A stretch of 64,000 bases of DNA from assembly GCA_963714975.1 (NCBI GenBank), contig CAVQQD010000003.1:224001-288000 (forward strand). Direction: 5' to 3'. Positions within the stretch are counted from its first letter, which is position 1. Each line of letters begins with the position of its first letter. This stretch comes from an uncultured Gammaproteobacteria bacterium (GTDB taxonomy: Bacteria; Pseudomonadota; Gammaproteobacteria; JAURND01). The translations under genes and the position numbers were made by a program. A model generated the notes under the pieces. That model was given only the letters and a program-made list of their open reading frames with translations. It ran no database searches and was not told the DNA's origin. Below are positions 1 through 9,385 of this stretch, in pieces.

Positions 1-42
1 CCAAGGTATTATTGGAAAATATGCTCTAAAAAGATGCTGAAT

Positions 43-630
43 TTAATGGCAGGGGGCAGTGCAACTGCCGTTTTTAGGATTATGGTCAGTTGCATCAGTA
101 GTAATACCTATAAATAAAGAATTCGGTTGCCATCGTAATGACGTGTATGCAATTTTGAAATCTGTGGGTGCAGGTTTAAATGTATGCCATAGGTCAGAAG
201 CAGAACTGCCAAGAAGGCCAAATAACAAGCTACAGCCTAATCGGCTAAACACGATTTTGGCAGAATTTGAATTTGAGCCATTGGAATTAAAAATAGGTGG
301 GTGCAAGATAAGACCCGCTATCATTCGTCCCACCATGCCTGTGAGCGTTATGAGAGCAAAGGCGGTGAGATAAAAGTCGGCTCCGCTTAGACTCATGAGC
401 CAGTCTGGTTGCGTATTATTTAACCAGAAGAAGGTAGTCGCGGAGCCTAACGTTGCAAGGGATCCGCCTATTAGGTATATCCGAAAAGAGTTAAGCGTCT
501 TTGCCCCACCATTTATTTGCAATGATGCCATTGCTGAAAATAATGTTGCGAAGGGTAGGCTAATATTAAAGATTAGTTTTATAACTTTCCCCAAATTGCT
601 TAATACCTTTTTTTTTAACTCAATCGCCAT
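43..630 (-). CDS. Orphan multi-pass membrane protein (candidate effector)
   Basis: ORF with about 4 hydrophobic segments. ATG at 630 has a GAGAG RBS. The TTG start at 672 in the track lies inside the predicted promoter. Confidence 0.6.
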   Translation of the reverse strand: MAIELKKKVLSNLGKVIKLIFNISLPFATLFSAMASLQINGGAKTLNSFRIYLIGGSLATLGSATTFFWLNNTQPDWLMSLSGADFYLTAFALITLTGMVGRMIAGLILHPPIFNSNGSNSNSAKIVFSRLGCSLLFGLLGSSASDLWHTFKPAPTDFKIAYTSLRWQPNSLFIGITTDATDHNPKNGSCTAPCH

Positions 631-661
631 AATTTCTCTCAGATGATGTTTTTGATGGTTC

Positions 662-694
662 AGTATATTCAATTCAGCTTAAGAAATCATTAAA
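662..694 (-). promoter_or_regulatory. PmrA-like box plus -10 element
   Basis: Minus strand TTTAATGAT-TT-CTTAAGCTG-7nt-TATACT, matching the cTTAA-N7-TTAA geometry of Legionella/Coxiella PmrA sites. Confidence 0.6.
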
Positions 695-757
695 GGGGAT
701 GTTTCTATATTGTTTTGACGACAAACTGGTTTATAATAAAAAAAGTTTGGAGATAAG

Positions 758-997
758 ATGAAAATTATAGGTTCATTTCAAGCTAAAACCCATTTGTCCG
801 AAATACTTAAACGAGTTGAAGAGAATGGAGAAAACCATTGCCATTACACGCCATGGTCATGTTGTTGCCTTTTTGGTGCCCCCACCAAAGAAGATCCTGT
901 AGCCCTTGCCATTGAAACAATACGCAAAAACCGCAAAGGCATTACTTTGGGGAAGAAATTATCATTAAAGGCTTTGATCGAAGAAGGAAGGCGATGA
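758..997 (+). CDS. Phd/YefM-family antitoxin (two compensating single-base indels)
   Basis: N-terminus IGSFQAKTHLSEILKRVE. The expected TIAITRHGHVVAFLVP is in a shifted frame at ~834-880. C-terminus LIEEGRR. Confidence 0.75.
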   Translation: MKIIGSFQAKTHLSEILKRVEENGENHCHYTPWSCCCLFGAPTKEDPVALAIETIRKNRKGITLGKKLSLKALIEEGRR

Positions 998-1047
998 AAT
1001 TTGTCTTAAATTGCTAAGTTACCATGTCTTGGTGCTTTGGAAGGTAA
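994..1047 (+). pseudogene. 5' remnant of a VapC/PIN toxin
   Basis: ATGA overlap with the antitoxin stop. Reads MKFVLNC*VTMSWCFGR*, compared with the VapC-type start FVLDCSVTMAWCF. Confidence 0.65.
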
Positions 1048-1058
1048 TGAGGAATGAT

Positions 1059-2303
1059 ATGTTGAAAAGTGAATTGCTAGAAATAATTGCCAATGGCGAA
1101 AACTCTGGCATAGAGTTCAAGCGCGATGATCTGCGTCCTGAGCAATTAGCAAAAGAAATTGTGGCCTTAGCAAATTTCCAGGGTGGTCGTGTCATATTGG
1201 GTGTTGAGGATGATGGAACTGTAATAGGAGTCCAACGAAATAATCTTGAAGAATGGGTGATGCATGTCATTCGTGACAAGGTTCATCCTTTGATTCTGCC
1301 ATTTTATGAAGAAGTTAAAGTTGATGAGCAACATACAGTTGCAGTCATAAGTTTCCCGCAAGGAATTTCTAAGCCTTATGTAGTTAGGGAAAATGGGGCA
1401 GAGAAAATTTATATTCGTATTGGTTCAACCTCCCAGCTAGCAACTCGCGAGCAACAAATGCGTTTGTTTGAATTGGGTGGGATGCTGCATACTGAAATGA
1501 TGCCTGTACCCAGAACAGATATGAATTGCTTGGATGAAGTGAGGCTGAGGAATTATCTGGCTGATATTATCAAGGATCCGGAATTACCACAAACCACTGC
1601 TGAATGGGAACGAAGATTATTAGGTCTGGGTTTTTTGACTGCGGTTGAGGAAAAAGTCTATTGTTCGATTGCAGGACTGGTGTTATTCGGCAAAACTCCT
1701 AGCTATTATTTGAAACAGTCAGGCTTGCGGGTTATGGCTTTTGCCGGGCAAGATAAAGAGTATCGCGCTTTGTGGGATGCTATTTTAGCAGGTCCTTTAG
1801 TGGGACGCTGGGAGGTTGTTGGTTCGCAAAAAAGATTGATTGATGCCGGGATCATAGAGCGTTTCATGCAACAGATCGTTCCTTTTGTTTCTGAAGAAGC
1901 AGCTGAAATTGATGAATATCTTAGAAGAGAACGAGCCTGGTTTTATCCATTGGATGCGATCAGAGAAGTAGTGGTCAATGCCTTTGCGCATCGCGATTGG
2001 ACGCGTTTTGTCGATATCGAGGTGGGTATTTACTCAGATCGATTCGAAGTAATTAGTCCAGGCGCTTTGCAGAATTCCATGACCATCGAAAAAATGATTG
2101 CCGGACAGCGCTCTCCCCGCAATATTATCATTATGGAAGTATTGCGGGATTATGGCTATGTCGATTTTCGCGGCATGGGGGTGCGGGTGAAAGTTATTCC
2201 TTTAATGAGACAAATGAATCATGCTGAACCTATTTTTGAAGTTACGGAAGACTTTGTAAAAACTATCTTGCCGCGTCGTGCGAATCCCCTCTTCCAGATG
2301 TGA
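1059..2303 (+). CDS. AlbA_2 (Schlafen-like) plus HATPase_c_4 'RecG C-terminal-like' protein
   Basis: GENSGIEFKR, EIVALANFQGGRVILGVEDDG, YIRIGS, REVVVNAFAHRD, ISPGAL, PRN motifs. ATG 1059 follows GAGGA. Confidence 0.85.
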   Translation: MLKSELLEIIANGENSGIEFKRDDLRPEQLAKEIVALANFQGGRVILGVEDDGTVIGVQRNNLEEWVMHVIRDKVHPLILPFYEEVKVDEQHTVAVISFPQGISKPYVVRENGAEKIYIRIGSTSQLATREQQMRLFELGGMLHTEMMPVPRTDMNCLDEVRLRNYLADIIKDPELPQTTAEWERRLLGLGFLTAVEEKVYCSIAGLVLFGKTPSYYLKQSGLRVMAFAGQDKEYRALWDAILAGPLVGRWEVVGSQKRLIDAGIIERFMQQIVPFVSEEAAEIDEYLRRERAWFYPLDAIREVVVNAFAHRDWTRFVDIEVGIYSDRFEVISPGALQNSMTIEKMIAGQRSPRNIIIMEVLRDYGYVDFRGMGVRVKVIPLMRQMNHAEPIFEVTEDFVKTILPRRANPLFQM

Positions 2304-2358
2304 CAGCACCAAGGGATTTAGGCTAGAATCTATGGGTTTTCACATGTGAGGTGTTTTT

Positions 2359-4077
2359 ATGCCATTATCCTTAGGTCACGATGATTTTAAGGAACTTATT
2401 GATTATCGACTGGACTTTGTCGATAAAAGTTTGTTTATCCAAGAAGTCCTTGATGATAGAGGGACTAAAGTTGCTGTAATCACCCGCCCGCGCCGTTTTG
2501 GCAAGACCCTAAATTTGTCCATGCTACGGTACTTTTTAGTAGCTGAAGCACATGGTAAATCTACCCAGGGTTTGTTTGATGGCTTAAAGATTGCTGCCTT
2601 GGGTGAGGAATACATGCAGCATCAAGGTCGCTACCCTGTAATCTTCGTCACCTTTAAAGAAGTGAAAAACAATCACTTTGAAGCCGCTTATGATCTGATG
2701 AAGACCCTCATGTCGCAGGTTTATCGAGAATACCAGCACGAGCTACCGAATAGTCCACGATTAAGCCCGAGCGATAAGGAAAACTTTCTTGCTGTGCTGG
2801 AAAGACGTGCTGATGAATCAGCGGTTCGTTCGGCATTGGTTGATTTATGCTATTACCTGTATCAGCATTATCAGGTCAAACCTTGGTTGCTGATCGATGA
2901 GTACGATACTCCGATTCAAGCGGCTTATGTACATGACTACTATGACCCAATGCTCAATCTAATGCGGGGGATCTTTGGCGCTGCGTTAAAAACCAATCCC
3001 TACCTCGAAAGAGCGGTGATTACTGGTATTTTACGGGTTGCCAAAGAAAGTTTATTTTCAGGGTTAAATAATTTAAAAGTTTATACTTTGACGAATTCTC
3101 AATATGGGCAGTATTTTGGTTTTACCGAAGACGAGGTAGAAAATTTATTGCAGCAAGCAGGCTTACAACAGCAAGCACCCGCTATTCGTGATTGGTACAA
3201 TGGCTATAAGGCAGGAACCTATACGGTCTACAATCCCTGGTCGATCGTCAAATGCATTCGTGAACAAGGAGAATTAGCGCCTTATTGGGTCAATACGAGT
3301 GATAATCAGCTGATTAAAATCCTATTATTGGGATCGAGTGAAGGTTTTAGAACTCAATTTGAGGATTTATTACAAGGAAAGACGATTGAGAAAGCGATTG
3401 ATGAAACTTTGGCATTTGCTGGCTTGAAAAATAATGAAAGAGGGGCTTGGAGTTTATTGTTTGCTGCGGGTTATCTGAAAGTGGTTGCTTCACAACGAGT
3501 TGAAGATGAATTGCAATGTCAATTAGATATCCCTAACCGCGAAGTACGTGGATTGTATCGACACATTATTCGGGAATGGTTAGCTGATGACTACGACACG
3601 AAATGGTTTGATACTTTTTTAAATCACTTGCTCACGGGGGATTTAGTTGCCTTCGAGCAAGATTTAAAACATCTGGTTGAACAAACCTTTAGTGTTCACG
3701 ATATTTCCAAAGATCCTGAAGTGTTTTATCACGGCTTTATGGTTGGTGCGGCAGCAAGTCTATACCACAATCCAAATTATGAAATTAAATTGAATCGAGA
3801 GGCTGGTTATGGTCGTTACGACTATATGATTTTTTCGCGTGATGAAAATAAACTGACGATTTTAATTGAGCTCAAACGAGTACCTAAAGAGACGCCTAAC
3901 TTAGATCAAGCCTTAGATCAAGCCTTAGAGCAAGCGGCACAGCAGGCTTTGGCACAAATGGAATTACAGAATTATGCGGCTGAAGCAAGGCAGCGCGGCA
4001 GGACTAAGATACTGCAGATTGGTCTCGCGTTTTCGGGTAAGCGATTTATTTTAAAAAGCAAATCTTCTCTTCCGTAG
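2359..4077 (+). CDS. AAA-ATPase-like plus PD-(D/E)XK nuclease protein (paralogue 1)
   Basis: FVDKS, Walker A RPRRFGKT, Walker B LLIDEYD, YNPWS, FYHGF, EAGYGRYD...IELK. Confidence 0.9.
   Translation: MPLSLGHDDFKELIDYRLDFVDKSLFIQEVLDDRGTKVAVITRPRRFGKTLNLSMLRYFLVAEAHGKSTQGLFDGLKIAALGEEYMQHQGRYPVIFVTFKEVKNNHFEAAYDLMKTLMSQVYREYQHELPNSPRLSPSDKENFLAVLERRADESAVRSALVDLCYYLYQHYQVKPWLLIDEYDTPIQAAYVHDYYDPMLNLMRGIFGAALKTNPYLERAVITGILRVAKESLFSGLNNLKVYTLTNSQYGQYFGFTEDEVENLLQQAGLQQQAPAIRDWYNGYKAGTYTVYNPWSIVKCIREQGELAPYWVNTSDNQLIKILLLGSSEGFRTQFEDLLQGKTIEKAIDETLAFAGLKNNERGAWSLLFAAGYLKVVASQRVEDELQCQLDIPNREVRGLYRHIIREWLADDYDTKWFDTFLNHLLTGDLVAFEQDLKHLVEQTFSVHDISKDPEVFYHGFMVGAAASLYHNPNYEIKLNREAGYGRYDYMIFSRDENKLTILIELKRVPKETPNLDQALDQALEQAAQQALAQMELQNYAAEARQRGRTKILQIGLAFSGKRFILKSKSSLP
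3901..3936 (+). repeat. In-frame 12-bp tandem repeat x3 (LDQA/LDQA/LEQA)
   Basis: TTAGATCAAGCC TTAGATCAAGCC TTAGAGCAAGCG. Confidence 0.85.
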
Positions 4078-4104
4078 TTTTCGTTGCTAGTGGATCTCTG
4101 CAGC

Positions 4105-4137
4105 CTTAATATATCCTTCATATTTGCCTGGTATGAT
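4105..4137 (+). promoter_or_regulatory. PmrA-like box plus -10 element
   Basis: CTTAATATA-TC-CTTCATATT-7nt-TATGAT. Confidence 0.65.
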
Positions 4138-4165
4138 AAGCCAAAGTTTTTAATATTTACCTAAA

Positions 4166-4371
4166 CGTACATTCACCACGATTTTGCCTCTCCCCTTGTG
4201 GGAGAGGCCGCCGCGCCTAAGGCGCGCGGGTGAGGGGTAAGCAGCAGTTAGCATTTAGTTAATAAAATGCTCCTTGCTGATTTCAAGTTTACCCCTCATC
4301 CGTCCTTTCGGGCACCTTCTCCCACAAGGAGGGGAGCAGGATTTTTACGTACAAAGAGGGTAAATGATTAC
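4166..4371 (+). mobile_element. ~205-bp palindromic MITE, copy A
   Basis: Near-identical to 47576-47780 and to the reverse complement of 23007-23179. Internal CTCCCCTTGTGGGAGA palindromes, degenerate TIRs. Confidence 0.85.
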
Positions 4372-4401
4372 ACCTAAACTAAACAATCTAAGAGGTTTAC
4401 T

Positions 4402-5868
4402 ATGTTAGACAATAAACTGTCTCCGGATCAACGACATGTGAGAGATAGTGATATCCATAATGCCAGTGTAATGTTAGCGCATCGTTTCTGTCTAAGCATA
4501 GAGGGTAACTGTAAGCCAGACCCGATTGGGAGTGTGATCTCTAAACTTAAAAAAGGGGAATATAAATATACCTATTTCGCAGGGAAAACCGAGGCCAGAA
4601 GAAAGGAGTATGTAGCCACTACTATCTTGCTTCTACAAGAACTGCAGACCGTAGCAAAGAATGTTAGTTACCTAAGAGCTCATTCAATCGTGTCGTTCCT
4701 TACAACTCTGCGTTCAGACGAATATGACCAGAGTTTTGCAGATTTGGATATGGAATGTAGTAAGTATCAAACACGATTTCACAATATCTTGACACAAGAA
4801 TTGCCGCAAAAGCTTCTGGACGAAATTGTACTGCCAAGTGATCCTAGTCTATCAGCCCCTCCAACGGAGACGCCATCTCACTCCAGCAGTACCACCCCTA
4901 CTACAGGTACTGTCCCTCAATCACCAAATAGCCTCACTCCAGAGCAACAAAATCTTGCTGCATTAGTTAAGGATTATGCTAAGAATATATTGTATCTGGA
5001 TCGGCCGGGTGTTTCTCTAGAAAATAAATCTGTATATTCAGATTTAAATAATACGGGAATTTTGGATTCTAAAGATACGGATACGGCTAATCTGTTGCAG
5101 ACACAGGGATCCAGTGAGGGTATGCTTGATGATAAAGGGACTAGAACTAGAATTACTGATGTGCTCAAGGCTGTCCAGGGTTTAGATGCATTAGTAGATG
5201 GAAATAAGTCAGAGAAAGTTCCTGGTCTTATTCGGCTAGCCGAAACCAAACAGTGGAGTTTCGAAAGACCGGAACGCAAAAAAATTCTTGGAGAGCTTCT
5301 TAACGAACTTCAGAAAGTAGAAAACAGGCCTGGGGCAGGAGTAGCGGGCGCAATATCATCGATTAGCGGATATCTCAGAACATCGGATTACCAGGATTTG
5401 TTTCCTCCCTTGAACGATGATCGGCTGCTTTCAGCAGATGAACAAGCTTTAGCAAAAGAGCGGTTCACCGAACTATTTGAGAAGTTGGATAGGATTTACA
5501 AAACCAACTTTACCGGTGTCTATAAGTCGGCTATGGGGGAGCAACCTTCTGCTACCCCCCGCTGCTCCTTTGGGTGGAAGCACGCATTAGGGACAGGGGC
5601 AGGATTTTTTGGTATGACATTGTTGGTGGGGGTCTCTTATGATGGGGCGAAAAATGATTGGGGAGGTTTGAAAACGATTGGGGATGGGATTTCGGATCAT
5701 TGGCAAATTATTAGTGCAACTCTAGGACTAACAGTAGGAGTAGCAGCGACCCTTGGGTTTGTTTTATGGTGTTACTCTCGTGAAAGGGATAAGGTTTCTG
5801 GTGAAGATAAAGCGTCTCAGTCGACAGACCCGGGAGCGGGGACACGCTGGGAGTCACCAGACTTCTGA
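4402..5868 (+). CDS. Orphan candidate effector with duplicated helical domain and C-terminal two-TM anchor
   Basis: 488-aa ORF with GAGG RBS, S/T/P-rich linker, two hydrophobic helices near the C-terminus, upstream PmrA-like box. Confidence 0.75.
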   Translation: MLDNKLSPDQRHVRDSDIHNASVMLAHRFCLSIEGNCKPDPIGSVISKLKKGEYKYTYFAGKTEARRKEYVATTILLLQELQTVAKNVSYLRAHSIVSFLTTLRSDEYDQSFADLDMECSKYQTRFHNILTQELPQKLLDEIVLPSDPSLSAPPTETPSHSSSTTPTTGTVPQSPNSLTPEQQNLAALVKDYAKNILYLDRPGVSLENKSVYSDLNNTGILDSKDTDTANLLQTQGSSEGMLDDKGTRTRITDVLKAVQGLDALVDGNKSEKVPGLIRLAETKQWSFERPERKKILGELLNELQKVENRPGAGVAGAISSISGYLRTSDYQDLFPPLNDDRLLSADEQALAKERFTELFEKLDRIYKTNFTGVYKSAMGEQPSATPRCSFGWKHALGTGAGFFGMTLLVGVSYDGAKNDWGGLKTIGDGISDHWQIISATLGLTVGVAATLGFVLWCYSRERDKVSGEDKASQSTDPGAGTRWESPDF

Positions 5869-5880
5869 GATTAAAATTCC

Positions 5881-5975
5881 GTAATCATTCACCGTCTATG
5901 TGCGTAAAAATCCTTCTCCCCTTGTGTGCATCGGATAGCTCCCGCAAGGGGAGAGGCAAGCGTGGTGAACAGTTA
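5881..5975 (-). mobile_element. Internally deleted MITE, copy B (95 bp)
   Basis: GTAATCATTCACC...GGTGAACAGTTA ends, with subterminal sequence matching copies A and D. Confidence 0.8.
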
Positions 5976-6665
5976 AAGATTTTCACGCAGCACACTGCTT
6001 TTTTGATCCCAATCCCCAAGGACAATCCGGGTGGCTGGTTGGCTGTCGAGATTAAAGCTATGAGTTGCTGGGCGGTGGGTATGGCCATGGATCACTTTAA
6101 GGACCCCATAAGAGCGCATAAGCTGCTCAAGACTTACTTGCACTACATCCATCGTCGTATATTTGGCGACTCGGGTGTGTTTCTTACTCGCACTACGTAT
6201 TAAACCGGCCAAAGCTTTCCGTACGAAAAGCGGCAACATCAAGAAAAATTGATTGTAGCGCTGGTTTTGCGCCAGGCGCCGAAATTGCTGATGCCAGCGA
6301 TCCTGGGTACAGAGCATATCGCCGTGAGTTAATAATACGGGGGTTCCATAGAGGTCAATCACGCTGGGGTCTGCCAGTAACTTACATCCAGTTACGTCTG
6401 CAAATGCTTTGCCAATTAAAAAATCCCGGTTGCCACGCATAAAAAACACCGGCGTATTTTTATCGGTGAGTTGTCGCAATTGGGTCAAAATGCTGAGATT
6501 AAAATCAGAACGATCGTCATCGCCAATCCAAGCTTCAAATAAATCCCCCAGAATATAAACAGCATCGGCTTGATGCGCCGTTTCCAGAAAGCTACGAAAA
6601 CGCGCGGTAATATCGGGCCTTTCGGCTTGCAGGTGTAAGTCGGAAATAAATAGAGTATGATTCAT
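5973..6665 (-). CDS. lpxH: UDP-2,3-diacylglucosamine diphosphatase
   Basis: FISDLHL, GDLFEAWIGDD, GNRDFL, HGD, HGHTHRP, RIVLGDW. Confidence 0.95.
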   Translation of the reverse strand: MNHTLFISDLHLQAERPDITARFRSFLETAHQADAVYILGDLFEAWIGDDDRSDFNLSILTQLRQLTDKNTPVFFMRGNRDFLIGKAFADVTGCKLLADPSVIDLYGTPVLLTHGDMLCTQDRWHQQFRRLAQNQRYNQFFLMLPLFVRKALAGLIRSASKKHTRVAKYTTMDVVQVSLEQLMRSYGVLKVIHGHTHRPATHSFNLDSQPATRIVLGDWDQKSSVLRENL

Positions 6666-6693
6666 CCGGTTATTCTAACAGCATGGCAAGTGT

Positions 6694-8121
6694 ATGAACA
6701 ATATCCGACTAAAAACACGCTTTTGCCCCAGCCCTACTGGGTTGTTGCATCTGGGTAATATGCGCACCGCGCTATTTAATGCCTTACTAGCCAAAGGACA
6801 AAATGGCATTTTTTTACTGCGGATTGAAGACACTGATGCCGCTCGTTCGGAGGAACGCTTTATAACCGCATTGGAGTCTGATTTATGCTGGTTGGGGTTG
6901 GATTGGGATGAGGGTCCGGAACACGACGCAGGTCACGGCCCGTATCGACAATCGCAGCGGCAAGCTATTTATGATCATTATTATCAGCAACTCGAGAGTC
7001 AGGGTTTGGCTTATCCTTGTTTTTGCAGCGAGGAAACCTTGGCCATGGCGCGCAAAGTTCAGAGAGCGGCAGGGAAACCACCGCGCTACCCAGGTACTTG
7101 CCGGGCGTTGACCCCGGAACAGGTGGCTGAAAAAATAGCCAGCGGCTTGCGGCCTGCCTTACGTTTTCGGGTTCCAGAGAATCAACAAACCCTGTTTCAA
7201 GACTTGGTACGTGGTGAGCAGCGTTTTAATAATAATGATATTGGCGACTTTATCATCCGCCGTGCCGATGGCACGCCTCCTTTTATGTATTGCAATGCGA
7301 TTGATGATGCGCTGATGGGGGTGACTCATGCCTTGCGTGGGGAAGACCATCTCACCAACACCCCGCGCCAGGTGATGTTGCTTAAGGCTTTGGGGTTGCC
7401 AATGCCTGCATACGGACATATTTCCTTAATCTTGGGCTCTGATGGCGCTCCACTGTCTAAACGCACGGGAAGTCGGAGTATTGAGGAATTGCGTCAGCAA
7501 GGCTATTTGCCCTTGGCAATAATTAATTATTTAGCGCGTTTGGGACATTATTATAAGGAAGATCGCTGGCTGAGCTTTGCTGAACTTGCTGCGCAATTTT
7601 CTCTAACGAGCTTGGGATCTGCGCCAGCCCGTTTTGATCCACAACAGTTGCTGTATTGGCAGCGAGAAGGGCTTAACCAATTATCGGCAGAGGATTTATG
7701 GCAGTGGTTGGGAGAAAAGGTGCAGGCCCAGGTGCCAGACGAGCAATGGCAATTATTTGTTGCGGCGGTGCGTCCCAATATTCGTTTCCCTGTGGAGGCT
7801 GACTATTGGGCGCGCGTGTTTTTTACCGATACCTTAGAGTATGGTGAAGAGCAGCAAGCTATTCTCCGTGCAGCAGGTAAAGCGTATTTTACGGTGGTCC
7901 TCACCAGCTTAGGTCAATCAGGCGCAGATTTGACAGCGGTTATAGCCCGCTTAAAGGAGCAGTTGGGGCTAAAAGGCAAGGCTTTGTTTGAACCAATACG
8001 GGTTGCATTAACGGGAGCGCTAAAAGGGCCCGAATTAGCGCAGATAGTTGCTTTATTAGGGCAGGAGCGTTTGCAAAGAAGAATTAAGCAGGCGGCAGAT
8101 CATTATACCCCCTCTCCCTAG
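6694..8121 (+). CDS. gltX: Glutamate--tRNA ligase
   Basis: RFCPSPTGLLHLGN (HIGH), LRIEDTD, RGEDH, LSKR (KMSKS). Confidence 0.95.
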   Translation: MNNIRLKTRFCPSPTGLLHLGNMRTALFNALLAKGQNGIFLLRIEDTDAARSEERFITALESDLCWLGLDWDEGPEHDAGHGPYRQSQRQAIYDHYYQQLESQGLAYPCFCSEETLAMARKVQRAAGKPPRYPGTCRALTPEQVAEKIASGLRPALRFRVPENQQTLFQDLVRGEQRFNNNDIGDFIIRRADGTPPFMYCNAIDDALMGVTHALRGEDHLTNTPRQVMLLKALGLPMPAYGHISLILGSDGAPLSKRTGSRSIEELRQQGYLPLAIINYLARLGHYYKEDRWLSFAELAAQFSLTSLGSAPARFDPQQLLYWQREGLNQLSAEDLWQWLGEKVQAQVPDEQWQLFVAAVRPNIRFPVEADYWARVFFTDTLEYGEEQQAILRAAGKAYFTVVLTSLGQSGADLTAVIARLKEQLGLKGKALFEPIRVALTGALKGPELAQIVALLGQERLQRRIKQAADHYTPSP

Positions 8122-8303
8122 CCCTCTCCCACCTAACCTTCGCAAAAACTGCTCAGGTTGGGGGAGAGGGGACGCTAATACCCCCTCTCCCATCTAACGC
8201 AAAAACTGCTCAGATTGGGGGAGGGGGACGCTAATACCCCCCTCTCCCCCAACCTGAGCAGTTTTTGCGAAGGTTAGGTGGGAGAGGGATGGGGAGAGGG
8301 GGT
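8107..8303. repeat. Compound CCCTCTCCC-type palindrome (A-A'-inverted A)
   Basis: ~64-bp outer inverted arms (8107-8171 / 8239-8303) with an internal tandem copy. Lies between convergent genes and contains the gltX stop. Confidence 0.9.
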
Positions 8304-8305
8304 TA

Positions 8306-9214
8306 TTACCACATAGGGAGCTGATCTACCGCAATCCGCCAGTAATCGTAGACGTTGGTGATCTCAAAGCCACAGAGTTCATATAATTTCAATGCGGCTT
8401 GATTGTGGCATTCCACATCGAGAATAAATTGCCTTTGTCCTAGGTCGCGCATCATTTGAATTAACTTCAGGGTCATGGCTGAGGCCAATTTCTTGCCACG
8501 ATGCTCGGGTAAAATGCAAAGATCATGGATAAAAGTGGTATGACTCTCATCAAAGCGCACATGAATTTTGCCAACATTATCAAAGCCTGGAATGGAAGCT
8601 AACCAAACGCGTCGATTTTTTTCTTTCATGTTGTCAGTGAAGCGCTGCAGGGTATCGGTATAGGAAGAATCAAAACTGATAGCGCCAATTTTTGCTAGGA
8701 TATTTAAGTCTGCTTGGGTGGCTATGCGTAATTTTACTTCAGGTAAATCTTTAAGTTTAAAGCTGGGTTCGTGTTTGAAGAGCATTTCGACTTGGGAAAA
8801 AACATACTGGCCATTGTAACGTTTGACATAATCAACATCGATTATGGTACCTTGCGGGCAGACCCACAAAGCACTATTGATCCCGCGTTGCCGCATTTCC
8901 AGAGTTGCTTCGGCCAGTAATTTTTTAAATAAGCGGCGTTGGCGATATTTCGGGTGGACGAGGGCGGAAATTTCAGCTTCGTGGCTGTCAAAAGTAAATA
9001 GGGCAAGATAGCCAATTAAATTACCATCGAGATAATAGAAAAAATCGTTAAACTCCATGGTGAGTCGATTATCGACCACATGCCAATACACCTTAATCTT
9101 AAATCCATCAACTTCAGCAGATCGCTCCATGAGTTGCCGGATTTGCCGTAATTCTGTTTTGTGTAGTCTTGAGCTTTTGGTGAATTGTTTTATCATGGGT
9201 GCGGATCTTATCAT
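8306..9214 (-). CDS. Tandem GNAT-domain N-acetyltransferase
   Basis: Two acetyl-CoA motifs (VHPKYRQRRL, ILPEHRGKKLA) and NQAALKLYELCGF. Start may be 9196. Confidence 0.85.
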   Translation of the reverse strand: MIRSAPMIKQFTKSSRLHKTELRQIRQLMERSAEVDGFKIKVYWHVVDNRLTMEFNDFFYYLDGNLIGYLALFTFDSHEAEISALVHPKYRQRRLFKKLLAEATLEMRQRGINSALWVCPQGTIIDVDYVKRYNGQYVFSQVEMLFKHEPSFKLKDLPEVKLRIATQADLNILAKIGAISFDSSYTDTLQRFTDNMKEKNRRVWLASIPGFDNVGKIHVRFDESHTTFIHDLCILPEHRGKKLASAMTLKLIQMMRDLGQRQFILDVECHNQAALKLYELCGFEITNVYDYWRIAVDQLPMW

Positions 9215-9246
9215 TTGTCAGTTATTATGTACATTTATTGTAACGA

Positions 9247-9367
9247 CTCAGTCCGTCGTCCCGCGGCTTGTCCGCGGGATCCAGAAGGTTTCTATTGGCC
9301 TTTTCCTGGATCCCGCGGACAAGCCGCGGGACGACGGGACTGAGCTTAACGACGGGACTGAGCTTAA
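9247..9367. repeat. RPE4-like palindrome with 18-bp terminal tandem duplication
   Basis: GTCGTCCCGCGGCTTGTCCGCGGGATCCAG ... CTGGATCCCGCGGACAAGCCGCGGGACGAC, then CGACGGGACTGAGCTTAA x2 (9332-9367). Confidence 0.9.
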
Positions 9368-9385
9368 CAATATGAGGAGTCTATT

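Noticed and set aside
8107-8303. Repeat-spacer-like pattern as CRISPR
   Set aside because: The 'spacers' are copies of each other and the third unit is inverted. It is a compound REP-like palindrome.
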